Of a stretch of 64,000 bases of DNA, positions 54,499 to 64,000 are shown in pieces. Location: assembly GCA_963814375.1 (NCBI GenBank), contig CAWFCQ010000002.1:160001-224000 (forward strand), read 5' to 3'. A program made the translations under genes and the position numbers. Every line of letters begins with the position of its first letter. Positions within the stretch are counted from its first letter, which is position 1. The DNA comes from an uncultured Chloroflexia bacterium (GTDB lineage Bacteria > Chloroflexota > Limnocylindria > QHBO01). The notes beneath the pieces are model-generated. The model saw only the letters and a program-made list of their open reading frames with translations, ran no database searches and was not told the DNA's origin.

Positions 54499-55773
54499 AT
54501 GTCCGGCTTCGCTGATCGCGCGCGCATCCTGGTCGTCGGCCGGTGCCGGCGGCGATGGCGCAAGCACCTTCCGTCGAGAGGCCCATGTGCCACGCGGCGG
54601 TCCCGACGGCGGTGACGGGGGAAGCGGCGGCGACGTGATCCTTGTCGTCGAGCCCGGCATGACGACGCTGGGTGACTTCAAGCGCGCCGCCACGTCCGCG
54701 CCCTTCCCGGCGGAAAGGGGATGGGCCGCAAGGCGCACGGGCGCAGCGCCCCGGACGTCATCGTCCGAGTTCCGCCCGGCACGGTGGTGCGCAGTCATCC
54801 TGACGGCGCGTGGGTCGGCGAGCTGCTCGAGTCGGAGGCGCGACTCGTCGTCGCCCGCGGCGGTCGCGGCGGCCGTGGCAACGCTCGGTTCGCGACGCCG
54901 ACCCATCGAGCGCCGAAGCACGCCGAGAAGGGCACGCCCGGCGAGGAGCGATGGGTCGAGCTCGAGCTCAAGCTCATCGCCGACATCGGCCTCGTCGGCG
55001 CCCCGAACGCAGGCAAGTCGACGCTGCTTGCGGCCCTCACCGAGGCCCGGCCGGAGGTGGGCGCCTACCCGTTTACGACGATCACCCCGAACCTCGGCGT
55101 CATCGCCCTCGACGACGAAGGAGAGCGGACGGCCGTCATCGCCGACGTGCCGGGGCTGATCGAGGGCGCATCCGAGGGGCGTGGCCTGGGCCATCACTTC
55201 CTGCGCCACGTCGAGCGGACCCGCGTGATGGTCGGGGTCGTGGATGGCGCGGCGCGCGAGCCGCTGGCCGAGTGGGAGGCTGTCGCGGAGGAGCTTCGCC
55301 TCCATGACCCGGCGCTGATGGAACGGCCGATTACGCTCGTCGTCACCAAGCTCGACCTGGCGGAGGTCCACGACCGATGGCCCGAGCTGCGCAAGGCGCT
55401 GCCGGATGCGATCGGCGTCAGCGCCCACGACGGCACGGGACTCGACACCCTTCGCAGCCGCCTCGCCGATGCGATCGAGGCCGCCGATGCGCGCGCGGCG
55501 AGCGAGCCGACCGCTGCGGAGATGCTCATCCATCGCTATGACCCGCTGGCCGAGGGCTGGCAGGTCGTGGCCGAGGGCGCCGACCTGCGTGTTCGGGGAC
55601 GGGGGATCGAGACCGCCGCGGCGCGCACCAACTTCGAGAACGACGAGTCACGCGATCGCTTCTGGCGGCTGATCGAGCGGCTCGGCATCGACGCGGAGCT
55701 GCGGCGACAGGGCGCTGGCCCGGGCACCACCGTGCTCATCGGCTCCAACGAGCTCGAGTGGGGCGACGAGTGA
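54499..55773 (+). CDS. obgE: GTPase ObgE; frameshifts at ~54540 and ~54690-54720
   Basis: [47 protein letters not shown]-terminal OCT domain. Confidence 0.93.
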
Positions 55774-56435
55774 CCGAGACGGTGCTGGCAAGCCCCGGCG
55801 TGGTGCGGGACAGCTCGTCGCCGCGCCGTCGCCGTATCGGTATCCTCGGGGGGACGTTCGACCCGCCGCACGTCGGCCACCTCTGGCTCGCCACGCTGGC
55901 GGCGGACGCCATCGGCCTCGACCGCGTGCTCTTCATGCCGGCCGCGCAGCCGCCGCACAAGGGCGGCCGCCTCGTGACGAAAGCCTCGGACCGCCTCCTC
56001 ATGACCCGCCTGGCGATCGCCGGTGACGACCTGTTCGAGATCACCATCATCGAGATGGAGCGTCCCGGCCCGTCGTACACCATCGACTCGGTCGACGAGC
56101 TGCTGCGCACCTACGCCGCCGATGCGGGCCTCTACCTGATCATGTCGGCGGCATCGCTGGCCGAGATCGACACCTGGCGCGAGCCCGACGCGCTGCTCGA
56201 GCGCATCGAGTGGGTTGTCGGCCCGCGGCCGGGCGCGCCACCGCCGGATCGCTCGGTGCTGGAGGACCGCTTCGGCGCCGCCGCGCAGCGCATCCACATC
56301 CTCACCGGACCGGCCCTCGACGTGAGCTCGACCGAGATCCGCCGCCGGGTGGCGGCGGGCCACGCCATCCGCTACCTTGTGCCGCGCGGCATCGAGGAGC
56401 TCATCGTCGAACGCGGGCTCTACCGCCGCGGATGA
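55770..56435 (+). CDS. nadD: Nicotinate-nucleotide adenylyltransferase
   Basis: GGTFDPPHVGH, PPHK, SYTID, SSTEIR. Confidence 0.95.
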   Translation: MTETVLASPGVVRDSSSPRRRRIGILGGTFDPPHVGHLWLATLAADAIGLDRVLFMPAAQPPHKGGRLVTKASDRLLMTRLAIAGDDLFEITIIEMERPGPSYTIDSVDELLRTYAADAGLYLIMSAASLAEIDTWREPDALLERIEWVVGPRPGAPPPDRSVLEDRFGAAAQRIHILTGPALDVSSTEIRRRVAAGHAIRYLVPRGIEELIVERGLYRRG

Positions 56436-56448
56436 AGGAAGTGCCGTC

Positions 56449-56823
56449 CTGACCGACCCGGACCGCGTCGAGGTGCCGACCGATGCCACGGAGCTGGCTC
56501 ATCGGATCGTCGAGATCGCGTCGGACAAGAAGGGCAATGACATCGTCCTGCTCCGCACCGCCGAGCTGACGACGATGGCCGACTTCTTCGTCATCTGCTC
56601 GGGTCGCAGCGATCGCCAGGTCCAGGCACTCGCCGGCGCGATCGTGGACGAGCTCCGCCGGGAGGGCGTCCGTCCGCTCGGGACCGAGGGGCGTCAGTCC
56701 GCGCGCTGGGTTCTGCTCGACTACGGCGCCGTCATCGTCCACGTCTTTGCTCCGGAGGAGCGCGAGTTCTACGGCCTCGAGCGCCTGTGGGGCAAGGCCG
56801 CCCAGGTCGTTCGCGTCGTGTAG
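56449..56823 (+). CDS. rsfS: Ribosome silencing factor (start probably CTG at 56449)
   Basis: DKKG.DI, ADFFVICSG, WVLLDYG.VIVH.F, FYGLERLW. Confidence 0.92.
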   Translation: MTDPDRVEVPTDATELAHRIVEIASDKKGNDIVLLRTAELTTMADFFVICSGRSDRQVQALAGAIVDELRREGVRPLGTEGRQSARWVLLDYGAVIVHVFAPEEREFYGLERLWGKAAQVVRVV

Positions 56824-56913
56824 CGGATCGGGTCGTAAGTACTGCGATGCGTGGACGCGCATGGCCCATCGGTCCCATTGAGGAGGGGGCCTCGCAGCCG
56901 GATGCTGCCAGCC

Positions 56914-57192
56914 ATGACCGCCCCGGCGCGACGAGCGCAACCGATCGAGACCTGCCGCTTCTGCAGCGGCTCGTTGCTGACGAGCGTGTACGACACCGTC
57001 TTCCGTGATGCCGAGGCCGATGAGCGACTCTTCTTCGCCATCCCCGGCGCGCTGTGCGTTCCGTGCCGCCAGCTCTACGTCGATCAGCAGCTGATCGGGA
57101 TCCTGGGGCTCGACGGCGCACGCTGCACGTTCGCGATCGAGTCCGATCGCGTCCTCGCTGCCGGCCAGGCCGGCCAGGCTCCCGCCGCCTAG
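56914..57192 (+). CDS. Small zinc-finger protein (YgiT/MqsA-N-like)
   Basis: CRFC...CVPC pairs; start could be 56851, 56902 or 56914. Confidence 0.6.
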   Translation: MTAPARRAQPIETCRFCSGSLLTSVYDTVFRDAEADERLFFAIPGALCVPCRQLYVDQQLIGILGLDGARCTFAIESDRVLAAGQAGQAPAA

Positions 57193-58223
57193 GCCGATGC
57201 GCTCGCGCGCGGCGCGAGCAGGAACTCCCCCAGCCACGCGACCAGCGCCGGCTTCTCCTCCATCACGTTCGCCTTGATCGCCATGTCGGCCTCGAACAGG
57301 CCGATGAGCATCGCTTCCAGCTCCTCGCCGCGGTAGCGCTTCGCGGCGTCGACCAGGCGCTGGGCGACGTTCACGTTCCCACGCGCAACCCGCTTCGCGA
57401 TCTCAGCCGGCGGCGTCTTCCGCGCCGCCAGGTCACGCGCCACGATGAGATCGCTCACCCGCCCAGACAGCGACGCGAGGATCCGCAGTCCGGGCTGCCC
57501 CTCGGCCAGCGCACGCTTCAATGCCTCCGCCGCTGCGGCGGGCTCACGCCGATCGACGGCGTTCGTGATGGCGAAGACCGATGCCGGCCGCGTGTCGGCG
57601 GTCAGCGCCTCGACGTCGTCGGCGGTGATCGGACGGTCGCCCGCGTAGGTCGCGAGCTTGGTCAGCTCCGAGTCAGCGATGCGGGTCATCTCGCCCCGTT
57701 CGACGTCCGTCTCCCAGATGGAGCCGCCGATGCGTTCTGCCAGCAGGTGGGCGGCTCGCACCTCGATCCTCGGCCCCGTCCGTGCGGCATGCGACGTGAT
57801 CCAGCCGCGCAGCTCGCCGCGACGCGGCGCCGGATGCTCCTCGACGCGGCCTCCCCTCGCCTTCACCGCCTCCGCCAGGCGCTTCAACAGTGCCGGGGGC
57901 TTCGTGATGTCGCGTGACGGACGCTCCTCGACCAGCGCCAGCGCCGATCCGTCGGGCAGGTCGTTCACGAGCGCGAGAAGCCGGTCGGCCGCTGCGGTCG
58001 AGCGGCCGGCACTCTTCAGAGGCTGGCGAAGAACGGTGAGGTGCGCGCCGAACATGCTCAGCGTCCCCGTCTCCAGCGTCGCGCGGTCGAGGGCGCCGTC
58101 CGGCGCGATGGCGGCGTTGATCTCCACGACGTCCGTTGCGTCGATCTCGGCTGCGAATTCGCGCGTGGCCACGTCAAGTCCGAAGCCGTCGTCGCCATGC
58201 AGGAGCACGAGCTGCGTGGTCAC
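57189..58223 (-). CDS. holA: DNA polymerase III delta subunit
   Basis: LLHGDD, ELTKLATY, IT..DVE, SVFAI, D.AIK; located after comEC. Confidence 0.88.
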   Translation of the reverse strand: MTTQLVLLHGDDGFGLDVATREFAAEIDATDVVEINAAIAPDGALDRATLETGTLSMFGAHLTVLRQPLKSAGRSTAAADRLLALVNDLPDGSALALVEERPSRDITKPPALLKRLAEAVKARGGRVEEHPAPRRGELRGWITSHAARTGPRIEVRAAHLLAERIGGSIWETDVERGEMTRIADSELTKLATYAGDRPITADDVEALTADTRPASVFAITNAVDRREPAAAAEALKRALAEGQPGLRILASLSGRVSDLIVARDLAARKTPPAEIAKRVARGNVNVAQRLVDAAKRYRGEELEAMLIGLFEADMAIKANVMEEKPALVAWLGEFLLAPRASASA

Positions 58224-58771
58224 GATCCGACCTCCCAGGCGGCGCGGAGGCGCTCGACGAGTTCGGGGATATCGATTCCGACCGCCTCCGCCAGCTGCGC
58301 CTCGAGGGCATGGGCAGGCCGTCGTGCCGCCTCGATCGAATCGGCGTGGTCGGGATGCCGCTGCCGCATGTCGTCCAGGCGCTCATCGACGGTCATGAAC
58401 TCCTGGCTCACGTGCCGATCGGCTATCGCGACGAGGACCGAGGGCCAGCCGATGGGAAAGCGATCGTCGTCGAGGAGCGCGTTGATCGGATGGGAGGCGA
58501 CCGGCATGGCGAGCTCACCGTAGCCCATCGCCTCCAGGCGCCGGGCGCCGACGATGCCATGCACGCCGCCCGTTCGGCGGATCTCGACCTTGTCGATGTC
58601 GTGGAGCAGCGCCGCCGTCTCGACCAGGGCCCCGTCGATCGGGATCTGCGCCTCCGCCACGAGGCCGGCAGCAGCGACGGCCACGCGGGCCACGCCGGTG
58701 GAGTGGACGACGATCCCGGTCGGCATTCCGTCGAGCAGCTGCCGTGCGGTTGATCGGTCGGGGATGCCCAC
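58220..58771 (-). CDS. HD-domain phosphohydrolase (HDIG type)
   Basis: HS..V, LLHDIDK, HG..GA, H, AD. Confidence 0.85.
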   Translation of the reverse strand: MGIPDRSTARQLLDGMPTGIVVHSTGVARVAVAAAGLVAEAQIPIDGALVETAALLHDIDKVEIRRTGGVHGIVGARRLEAMGYGELAMPVASHPINALLDDDRFPIGWPSVLVAIADRHVSQEFMTVDERLDDMRQRHPDHADSIEAARRPAHALEAQLAEAVGIDIPELVERLRAAWEVGS

Positions 58772-58780
58772 CCGGCGATG

Positions 58781-61236
58781 CTAGTCGCGGCACCGCCACG
58801 CTGCACCGGCACGGGCGCCGACCAGCCCTCATCGGTGCGGACCTGAACGGTCCGCCCGTCGCTGATGACCTCGATGTCGCCATGGAGGTCGGTCCGGAAG
58901 GTGGCGACGCCGGCAAGGGCTGCGAGCGTTTCCGGCGCGGGATGACCGTACTCGTTGCCCTCGCCGGCGGAGATCGCCGCTATCGTTGGCCGCGTCGCCG
59001 CGAGGAGCGCCGGCGTCGTCGAGGACGTCGAGCCGTGATGGCCGACCTTCAGCAGGTCAACGGCCGGAAACCGCCCGCGCGTGACCAGCGACGACTCGAC
59101 GGGGGCCTCCGCATCCCCGGTCAAGAGGGCCGTGAACCCGCCGTGCCTTAGCAGGACCACGATCGATCCGTTGTTGATGTCGCCCTCAGGCAGCGGCGCA
59201 GTGGCATCGGCATCGGTGGGGTAGAGGACCTCGACCGATGTCGTCGGGTCCAGCGCAAAGACTCTGCCTGCGCGGGCCAGGCCGAGGACGAGGCCGTGCT
59301 CCCAGAACGCATCGGCCACCAGATGGTCGAAGGCCTGGTTCTCGAATGGGATGCCGGCGTGCAGCAGCGTGCGGACCTCGAAGCGACCGAGCACCTCGAC
59401 GAGTCCAGCGACATGGTCCTGGTGCGGATGGCTGACGACCATGACGTCGATGCGGCGGGCGAAGAATGGCAGGTTCACGCCGAGCCGGCGAAGCGTCAGC
59501 TCCGGGTCGGGACCGCCGTCGACCAGCATCGTGGCGCCGCTCGGAGCCTCGACCAGGATCGCGTCGCCCTGGCCGATGTCGAGCACGGTGACGTGCAGCC
59601 GGCCATCCGGTAGCGAGGCGATCGTGACGGTGAGCAGGACCGCGACAAGGCCAGCTGCAACCGGCACCGGCCGCAGCACCCGGCCCGCAACCGTGGCCAG
59701 CCGGCCGGGCGACCGTGCAGGTTGCGTCTCGAGCGGCGCATTCGATGGTCCGACGGCCCAGGCCACGAGCCCGAGCATCGGCAGCCAGGCGACCGCGAGC
59801 GGCGCGGGCACCTGGACGTCGACCGCCGCCAGTGGCACCGAGGAAGCCGCCGAGCCCAGCTCCATGATCAGCCGCAGGCAGAGCCAGGCCGCTCCGCCGG
59901 CAAGCCACGTGATCGCCGGGCCGACGATCGGCACCGACAGCCCGCCGTCCAGCAGACCCGCGAGCGCTGCCAGCGCGCTGAAAAGCATCGCCACCGGGAC
60001 GAAGGGGACCACGAGGACATTCGCAATCGGCGCCACCAGCGAGAGGCGCTCGAAGTTCACCAGGATCACCGGCAGGGTCGTCAGCTGCGCGGCGAGCGTC
60101 AGCGCGATCGGCTCGCTGATCCAGCCCGGCCAGCCGGGCAATCGCCGCTCGACAGCGCCGCCGAACCAGACAAGCCCGGCGGTCGCAAGGAGCGACAGCT
60201 GGAAGCCGACATCCCACAGGACCGGCGGCGCCGCGAGCAGCATGAGGAGCGCCGCGAGCGCCAGGGCGGATGCCGCGTGAGCGCGGGAGCCACCGAGCTT
60301 CGCAATCAGCATCGCGGCGGCCATGAGCGCGGCGCGCACGACCGATGGGCTGGCGCCTGTCAGCAGCACGTACCCGCCGACGGTGGTTGCGGCGACCGCC
60401 GCAGTGGTCCATCGCCCTCCGGGGCGCCGGCTCAGCGGGCTGGCCGCCGCCGTCACGAGGGCGGCAACGAGGGCGATGTTCCAGCCGGAGATGGCCACGA
60501 CGTGAGTCAGACCGGCCCGGGCGAAGGCGTCGTTGATCTCCGGAGCGATCGACGCTCGGACGCCGAGCAGGATCCCCGCGCCCAGCGCCGCCTCCGGCTC
60601 CGGCACGATGCCGTTCAGCCCGCCAAGCAGTGCCGAGCGAATCCCTGCCAGGATCGCCGCCGGCCCGTTCGCCTCGGCAGCCACCTCCGCCGTTCGCGCG
60701 TATGCCACCGCTCCGATGCCCTGGCGCTCCAGGTACTCGCGGTAAGCGAAGCCCTCGAAGTCCTCCGGGATCTCCATCTCGCTGCGCAGGCGAAGCCGAT
60801 CGCCGGCAGAGGCGTCCAATCCTCGCGGCAGCCACACGAGCAGCCGATCGCTGAGCGCGGCCGAACCCTCGTCCCGCTCGACCCGGAGCTTGCCGAGCAC
60901 GAGTTGCAGCCGATCCTCGCGCGGACGCGGGTCGTCGAGCACCGTCCCACTCAGATCGTGCTCGGCGCCATCGGCCAGGACCGCGACGGAAGCGCCTGTG
61001 GTTCCCGCCGCGATTGCTGACCCGCGCCAGGTGCCAGCCGCGAAGGCGATCGTTGCTACGCCGAGCAGAACGACGAACGATCCCCGCCGGCCGACGAGAA
61101 TGCCGGCGGCCGCCACGACCATGCCCGCGAGCGCGACCGGAACGACCGGAACGGCCGGGGCCGCCGAGTCGGCGACGAGGATCCCGAGCGCGACCCCGGC
61201 CAGGGTCAGCGGAAGGACGTGGCGCGAGGGACCCAC
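58781..61236 (-). CDS. comEC: DNA uptake channel ComEC/Rec2 with metallo-beta-lactamase domain (ORF as assembled runs on to 58423)
   Basis: GLTHVVAISGWN, SVVRAALM, GFQLS, DIGQGD, SHPHQDH, KVGHHGS, YGHP. Confidence 0.93.
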
Positions 61237-61238
61237 CT

Positions 61239-61889
61239 TCAGCCGGCGGTCGCGACGCCCTGGATGTCCTCCAGCTGTCCTCGATGGATGACGCCGCGCT
61301 CGACAGCCTCCTCGAGCGATGCGAAGGGGCGCTCCTCGCGTGCCGCCACGATCTTCTGGACGGTCACGGCTCCGATTCCCGGCAGCGCCTCGAGCTCCTC
61401 TGGCGTGGCCGTGTTCAGGTTGACCAGCCGCCCGGTCGCGCCGCCACCACCCCCAGCTGCCGCGGCGCCGGGAGCAGACGCTGCCGGTGCAGCGACCGCA
61501 TCACCGATGCGCGGGATCGTGATCTGCTGACCGTCGCTGAGCGGCTCAGCGAGGTTGACGTCCGCGGCTGCCGCCGCCAGGTCGGCGTCGGTGGCGTAGC
61601 CGCCGGCCGCGGCGATGGCGTCCGCGATCCGGGATCCCGGTGGCAGCTCCCGGATGCCGGGCTGCGCAACCGCGCCCTCGACATCGACGACGATCGGTCC
61701 GCCATCCGGCTCCGATGCTCCGGCTGCCGGTGAGTGCGACGCCGATGCAGCACCGAGCAACGGTTGCACTGTGGCCTCCGGCAATGCCGCCTCCCCTGCG
61801 GGCGGCATGACGAGGAGAGCGACAGCGGCAACCGCCAGGATCACGGCGGACCCGCCTGCGGCGACGAGGATACGGTCGGATCGGGACAC
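61239..61889 (-). CDS. comEA: ComEA DNA receptor (SLBB + HhH)
   Basis: VDVEGAV..PG, NLAEPLSDG, VNLNTAT.EELEALPGIG; GGAGG precedes GTG at 61889. Confidence 0.92.
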   Translation of the reverse strand: MSRSDRILVAAGGSAVILAVAAVALLVMPPAGEAALPEATVQPLLGAASASHSPAAGASEPDGGPIVVDVEGAVAQPGIRELPPGSRIADAIAAAGGYATDADLAAAAADVNLAEPLSDGQQITIPRIGDAVAAPAASAPGAAAAGGGGGATGRLVNLNTATPEELEALPGIGAVTVQKIVAAREERPFASLEEAVERGVIHRGQLEDIQGVATAG

Positions 61890-61977
61890 GACGAGCCTCC
61901 GGGCGGAGGCGAGTCGGCTGAGTCGAATCTGCGTCCGACGCCCGGCGCCCGGGCACTCGACGCCGGGCATCGGAAGC

Positions 61978-62031
61978 AGGGTCGCAGCGTAGGGTTGCGG
62001 CCCTTATCGTCGGGTTATCGGCCGGTTATCG
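61978..62031 (-). promoter_or_regulatory. comEA promoter candidate with three 11-bp-phased CGATAA repeats
   Basis: TTATCG at 62004, 62015 and 62026 (plus strand); TACGCT -10 at 61986-61991 on the minus strand. Confidence 0.55.
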
Positions 62032-62058
62032 GGAGCGCGACATGGCGGCCCAGGAGTC

Positions 62059-64000
62059 CTACTCCCGAGGCGTCACCACGTTGACGAGCTTGCCGGGCAC
62101 CTGGATCACGCGCGCCGGGGCGCGTCCACCCAGATAGCGCTGGACGTGGTCCGACGCGAGCGCCATGCGCTCGATCTCGTCGGCCGGCGTGTCCGGCGTC
62201 ACGACCAGGCGGTCGCGGAGCTTGCCGTCGACCTGGACCGGCAGCTCGATCGTCTCGGCAGCGGCCAGAGACGGATCGGCGACCGGCCAGGACTGCTGAT
62301 GGATGGAGTACGGCTTCCCCCGCCGCGCCCACAGCTCCTCGGCGATGTGCGGGGCGATCGGCGCCAGCAGCCGGAGGAGGGTGTCGACCGCATCGGTGTA
62401 CGCGGCCGTGCCGGACATGCCCGCCTCGCGCTCGCGGATGATCGCGTTGGTCAGCTCCATCAGGCGGCTGATGGCGGTGTTGAACCGGAAGTCCTCGATG
62501 TCCTCGGTCACCGCGTCGATGGTGGTGTGCGTGGCGCGCCGCAGTGCCCGTTGGAGCTCCTCGCCCTCGGCATCGCCAGCGGTGGCAGCGGCCACCGGTT
62601 GAGCGGCGCCCCACACCCGGCCCAGCCAGCGGTGGATGCCCTCGATGCCCGAGGGATTCCAGGGGCCGCCCTGGTCCCACGGGCCGATGAACATCAGGAA
62701 GGCGCGGACCGTGTCCGAGCCGTATCGAGCGACCAGCTTGTCGGGGGCCTGGACGTTGCCGCGCGACTTGCTCATGCGGTTGTGGTCGGCGCCCAGGATC
62801 TGCCCTTGGTTGCGCAGCTTGAGCGTCGGCTCGTCGAAGCCGAGCAGGCCAAGGTCGCGCAGCGCCTTGGTGAAGAAGCGGAAGTAGAGCAGGTGCATCA
62901 CCGCGTGCTCCGCGCCGCCGCCATACAGGTGGATCGGCATCCACGCGTCCACCTTCTCGCGGTCCCAGGCAGCTGTCTCGTCGTGTGGCGAGCAGAAGCG
63001 AAGGAAATACCAGCTGGAGTCGACGAACGTGTCCATCGTGTCGGTCTCGCGGCGCGACGGCTCGTCGCACACCGGGCACGTCGCGTTCAGGAATTCCGCG
63101 TGCGACTGCAGCGGCGACACGCCGGTTGGGGCGAAGTCGACGTCGGTCGGCAGCACGACTGGCAGCTGATCCTCCGGGACCGGCTGCGCGCCGTGCGTGT
63201 CGCAGTAGATGATCGGGATTGGTGCCCCCCAATATCGCTGCCGGCCGGCGACCCAGTCGCGCTGGCGATAGGTGACCGCGAAGCGGCCCTGGTCCCGCTC
63301 CTCGAGCGCGCGCGTGATCGCGCCGATCGCCTCCGATGCCGGCATCGCGGTGAACTCGCCGGAGTCGATCAGCACCTCGTCGGCGGTGTGCTCGACCAGT
63401 GCCTTGTCGGTGGGCAGCTCGCCGGAGGCGGGCGACACGACGTACCGGATCGGCAGGTCGAACTTCGTCGCGAACTCGTAATCGCGCTCGTCGTGGGCGG
63501 GGACGGCCATGATCGCGCCGGTGCCGTAGCCGGGCAGCACGTAGTCGGCGATCCAGATCGGGATCCGCTCCCCCGTCATCGGGTTGACGGCGTACGCACC
63601 GATGGCCACACCGGTCTTCTCGCGCTCGGTGCTCATGCGCTCGATCTCGGTCTCGCGCCTCGCAGCGCTGACGTAGGCGTCGACATCGGCGCGCCGGTCG
63701 TCGGTGGTCAGCGCTCCCACCAGCGGATGCTCCGGCGCCAGGACCATGAAGGTCGCGCCGAAGACGGTATCGGGCCGGGTGGTGAAGACCCGGATCGGCT
63801 CGGCGTCATCGGCCTCGGTCGGGAAGTCGATCTCGGCGCCCTCGGATCGGCCGATCCAGTTCGTCTGCATCGCCTTGATCGGCTCGGGATAGTCGAGCCC
63901 GTCGAAGCTCAGCAGCTCGTCGCTGTAGTTCGTGATGCGGAAGTACCACTGCTCCAGATCGCGCTTGTCGACCGGCGTGCCGCACCGCCAGCAGCGCCGA
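62059..64000 (-). CDS. leuS: Leucine--tRNA ligase (5' part beyond window)
   Basis: MQTNWIGRSEG, VFTTRPDT, RQRYWGAPIP, DTFVDSSWY, RMSKS, VQVDGKLR. Confidence 0.97.
   Translation of the reverse strand, partial: RRCWRCGTPVDKRDLEQWYFRITNYSDELLSFDGLDYPEPIKAMQTNWIGRSEGAEIDFPTEADDAEPIRVFTTRPDTVFGATFMVLAPEHPLVGALTTDDRRADVDAYVSAARRETEIERMSTEREKTGVAIGAYAVNPMTGERIPIWIADYVLPGYGTGAIMAVPAHDERDYEFATKFDLPIRYVVSPASGELPTDKALVEHTADEVLIDSGEFTAMPASEAIGAITRALEERDQGRFAVTYRQRDWVAGRQRYWGAPIPIIYCDTHGAQPVPEDQLPVVLPTDVDFAPTGVSPLQSHAEFLNATCPVCDEPSRRETDTMDTFVDSSWYFLRFCSPHDETAAWDREKVDAWMPIHLYGGGAEHAVMHLLYFRFFTKALRDLGLLGFDEPTLKLRNQGQILGADHNRMSKSRGNVQAPDKLVARYGSDTVRAFLMFIGPWDQGGPWNPSGIEGIHRWLGRVWGAAQPVAAATAGDAEGEELQRALRRATHTTIDAVTEDIEDFRFNTAISRLMELTNAIIREREAGMSGTAAYTDAVDTLLRLLAPIAPHIAEELWARRGKPYSIHQQSWPVADPSLAAAETIELPVQVDGKLRDRLVVTPDTPADEIERMALASDHVQRYLGGRAPARVIQVPGKLVNVVTPRE

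Noticed and set aside
54499-54730. Programmed frameshifting or pseudogenisation of obgE
   Set aside because: Essential gene, no slippery site, and the same indel pattern occurs across the window.
58423-58780. ComEC C-terminal extension overlapping the HD gene by ~350 nt
   Set aside because: The tail is low-information off-frame sequence, and an out-of-frame TAG at 58781-58783 suggests an indel error.

Overview
A high-GC bacterial chromosomal window. Gene content and style suggest Chloroflexota, possibly Limnocylindria; this is inference and was not verified. Layout: 1-18.5 kb is a cell-surface glycan island (NAD epimerase, two AsnB-type amidotransferases, two GT4, Wzy/ligase-like, initiating sugar transferase, Wzz-like), interleaved with a giant modular secreted protein and a membrane-anchored beta-helix protein. 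18.7-40.4 kb is housekeeping and metabolic (cysS, fabD-fabF-fabF, M20, MFS, ALDH-Rieske-membrane protein-MoaDE, speB, PfkB-psuG, UbiA, several hypotheticals). 40.6-47.3 kb is a second glycan island (GT-C-like, propeller protein, wzt-wzm, two GT2). 47.4-64 kb is core genes (pyrG, rho, amidase, M23, obgE-nadD-rsfS, holA, HD, comEC, comEA, leuS). I found no rRNA, tRNA, CRISPR array, integrase, transposase or reverse transcriptase. At least 11 genes, including essential obgE, carry frameshifts that are mostly +1 insertions, which most likely reflects long-read assembly error rather than pseudogenes. The strongest sequence-level observations are: pervasive TAnnnT -10 boxes 6-10 nt before start codons (leaderless transcription); an 11-bp-phased triple repeat upstream of comEA; a 10-bp-phased repeat upstream of the epimerase; a ~119-nt rod-like inverted repeat after a 50-aa membrane peptide; and a tandem pair of uncharacterised membrane proteins sharing one extracellular domain. 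None is proven to be a new system; they are candidates.
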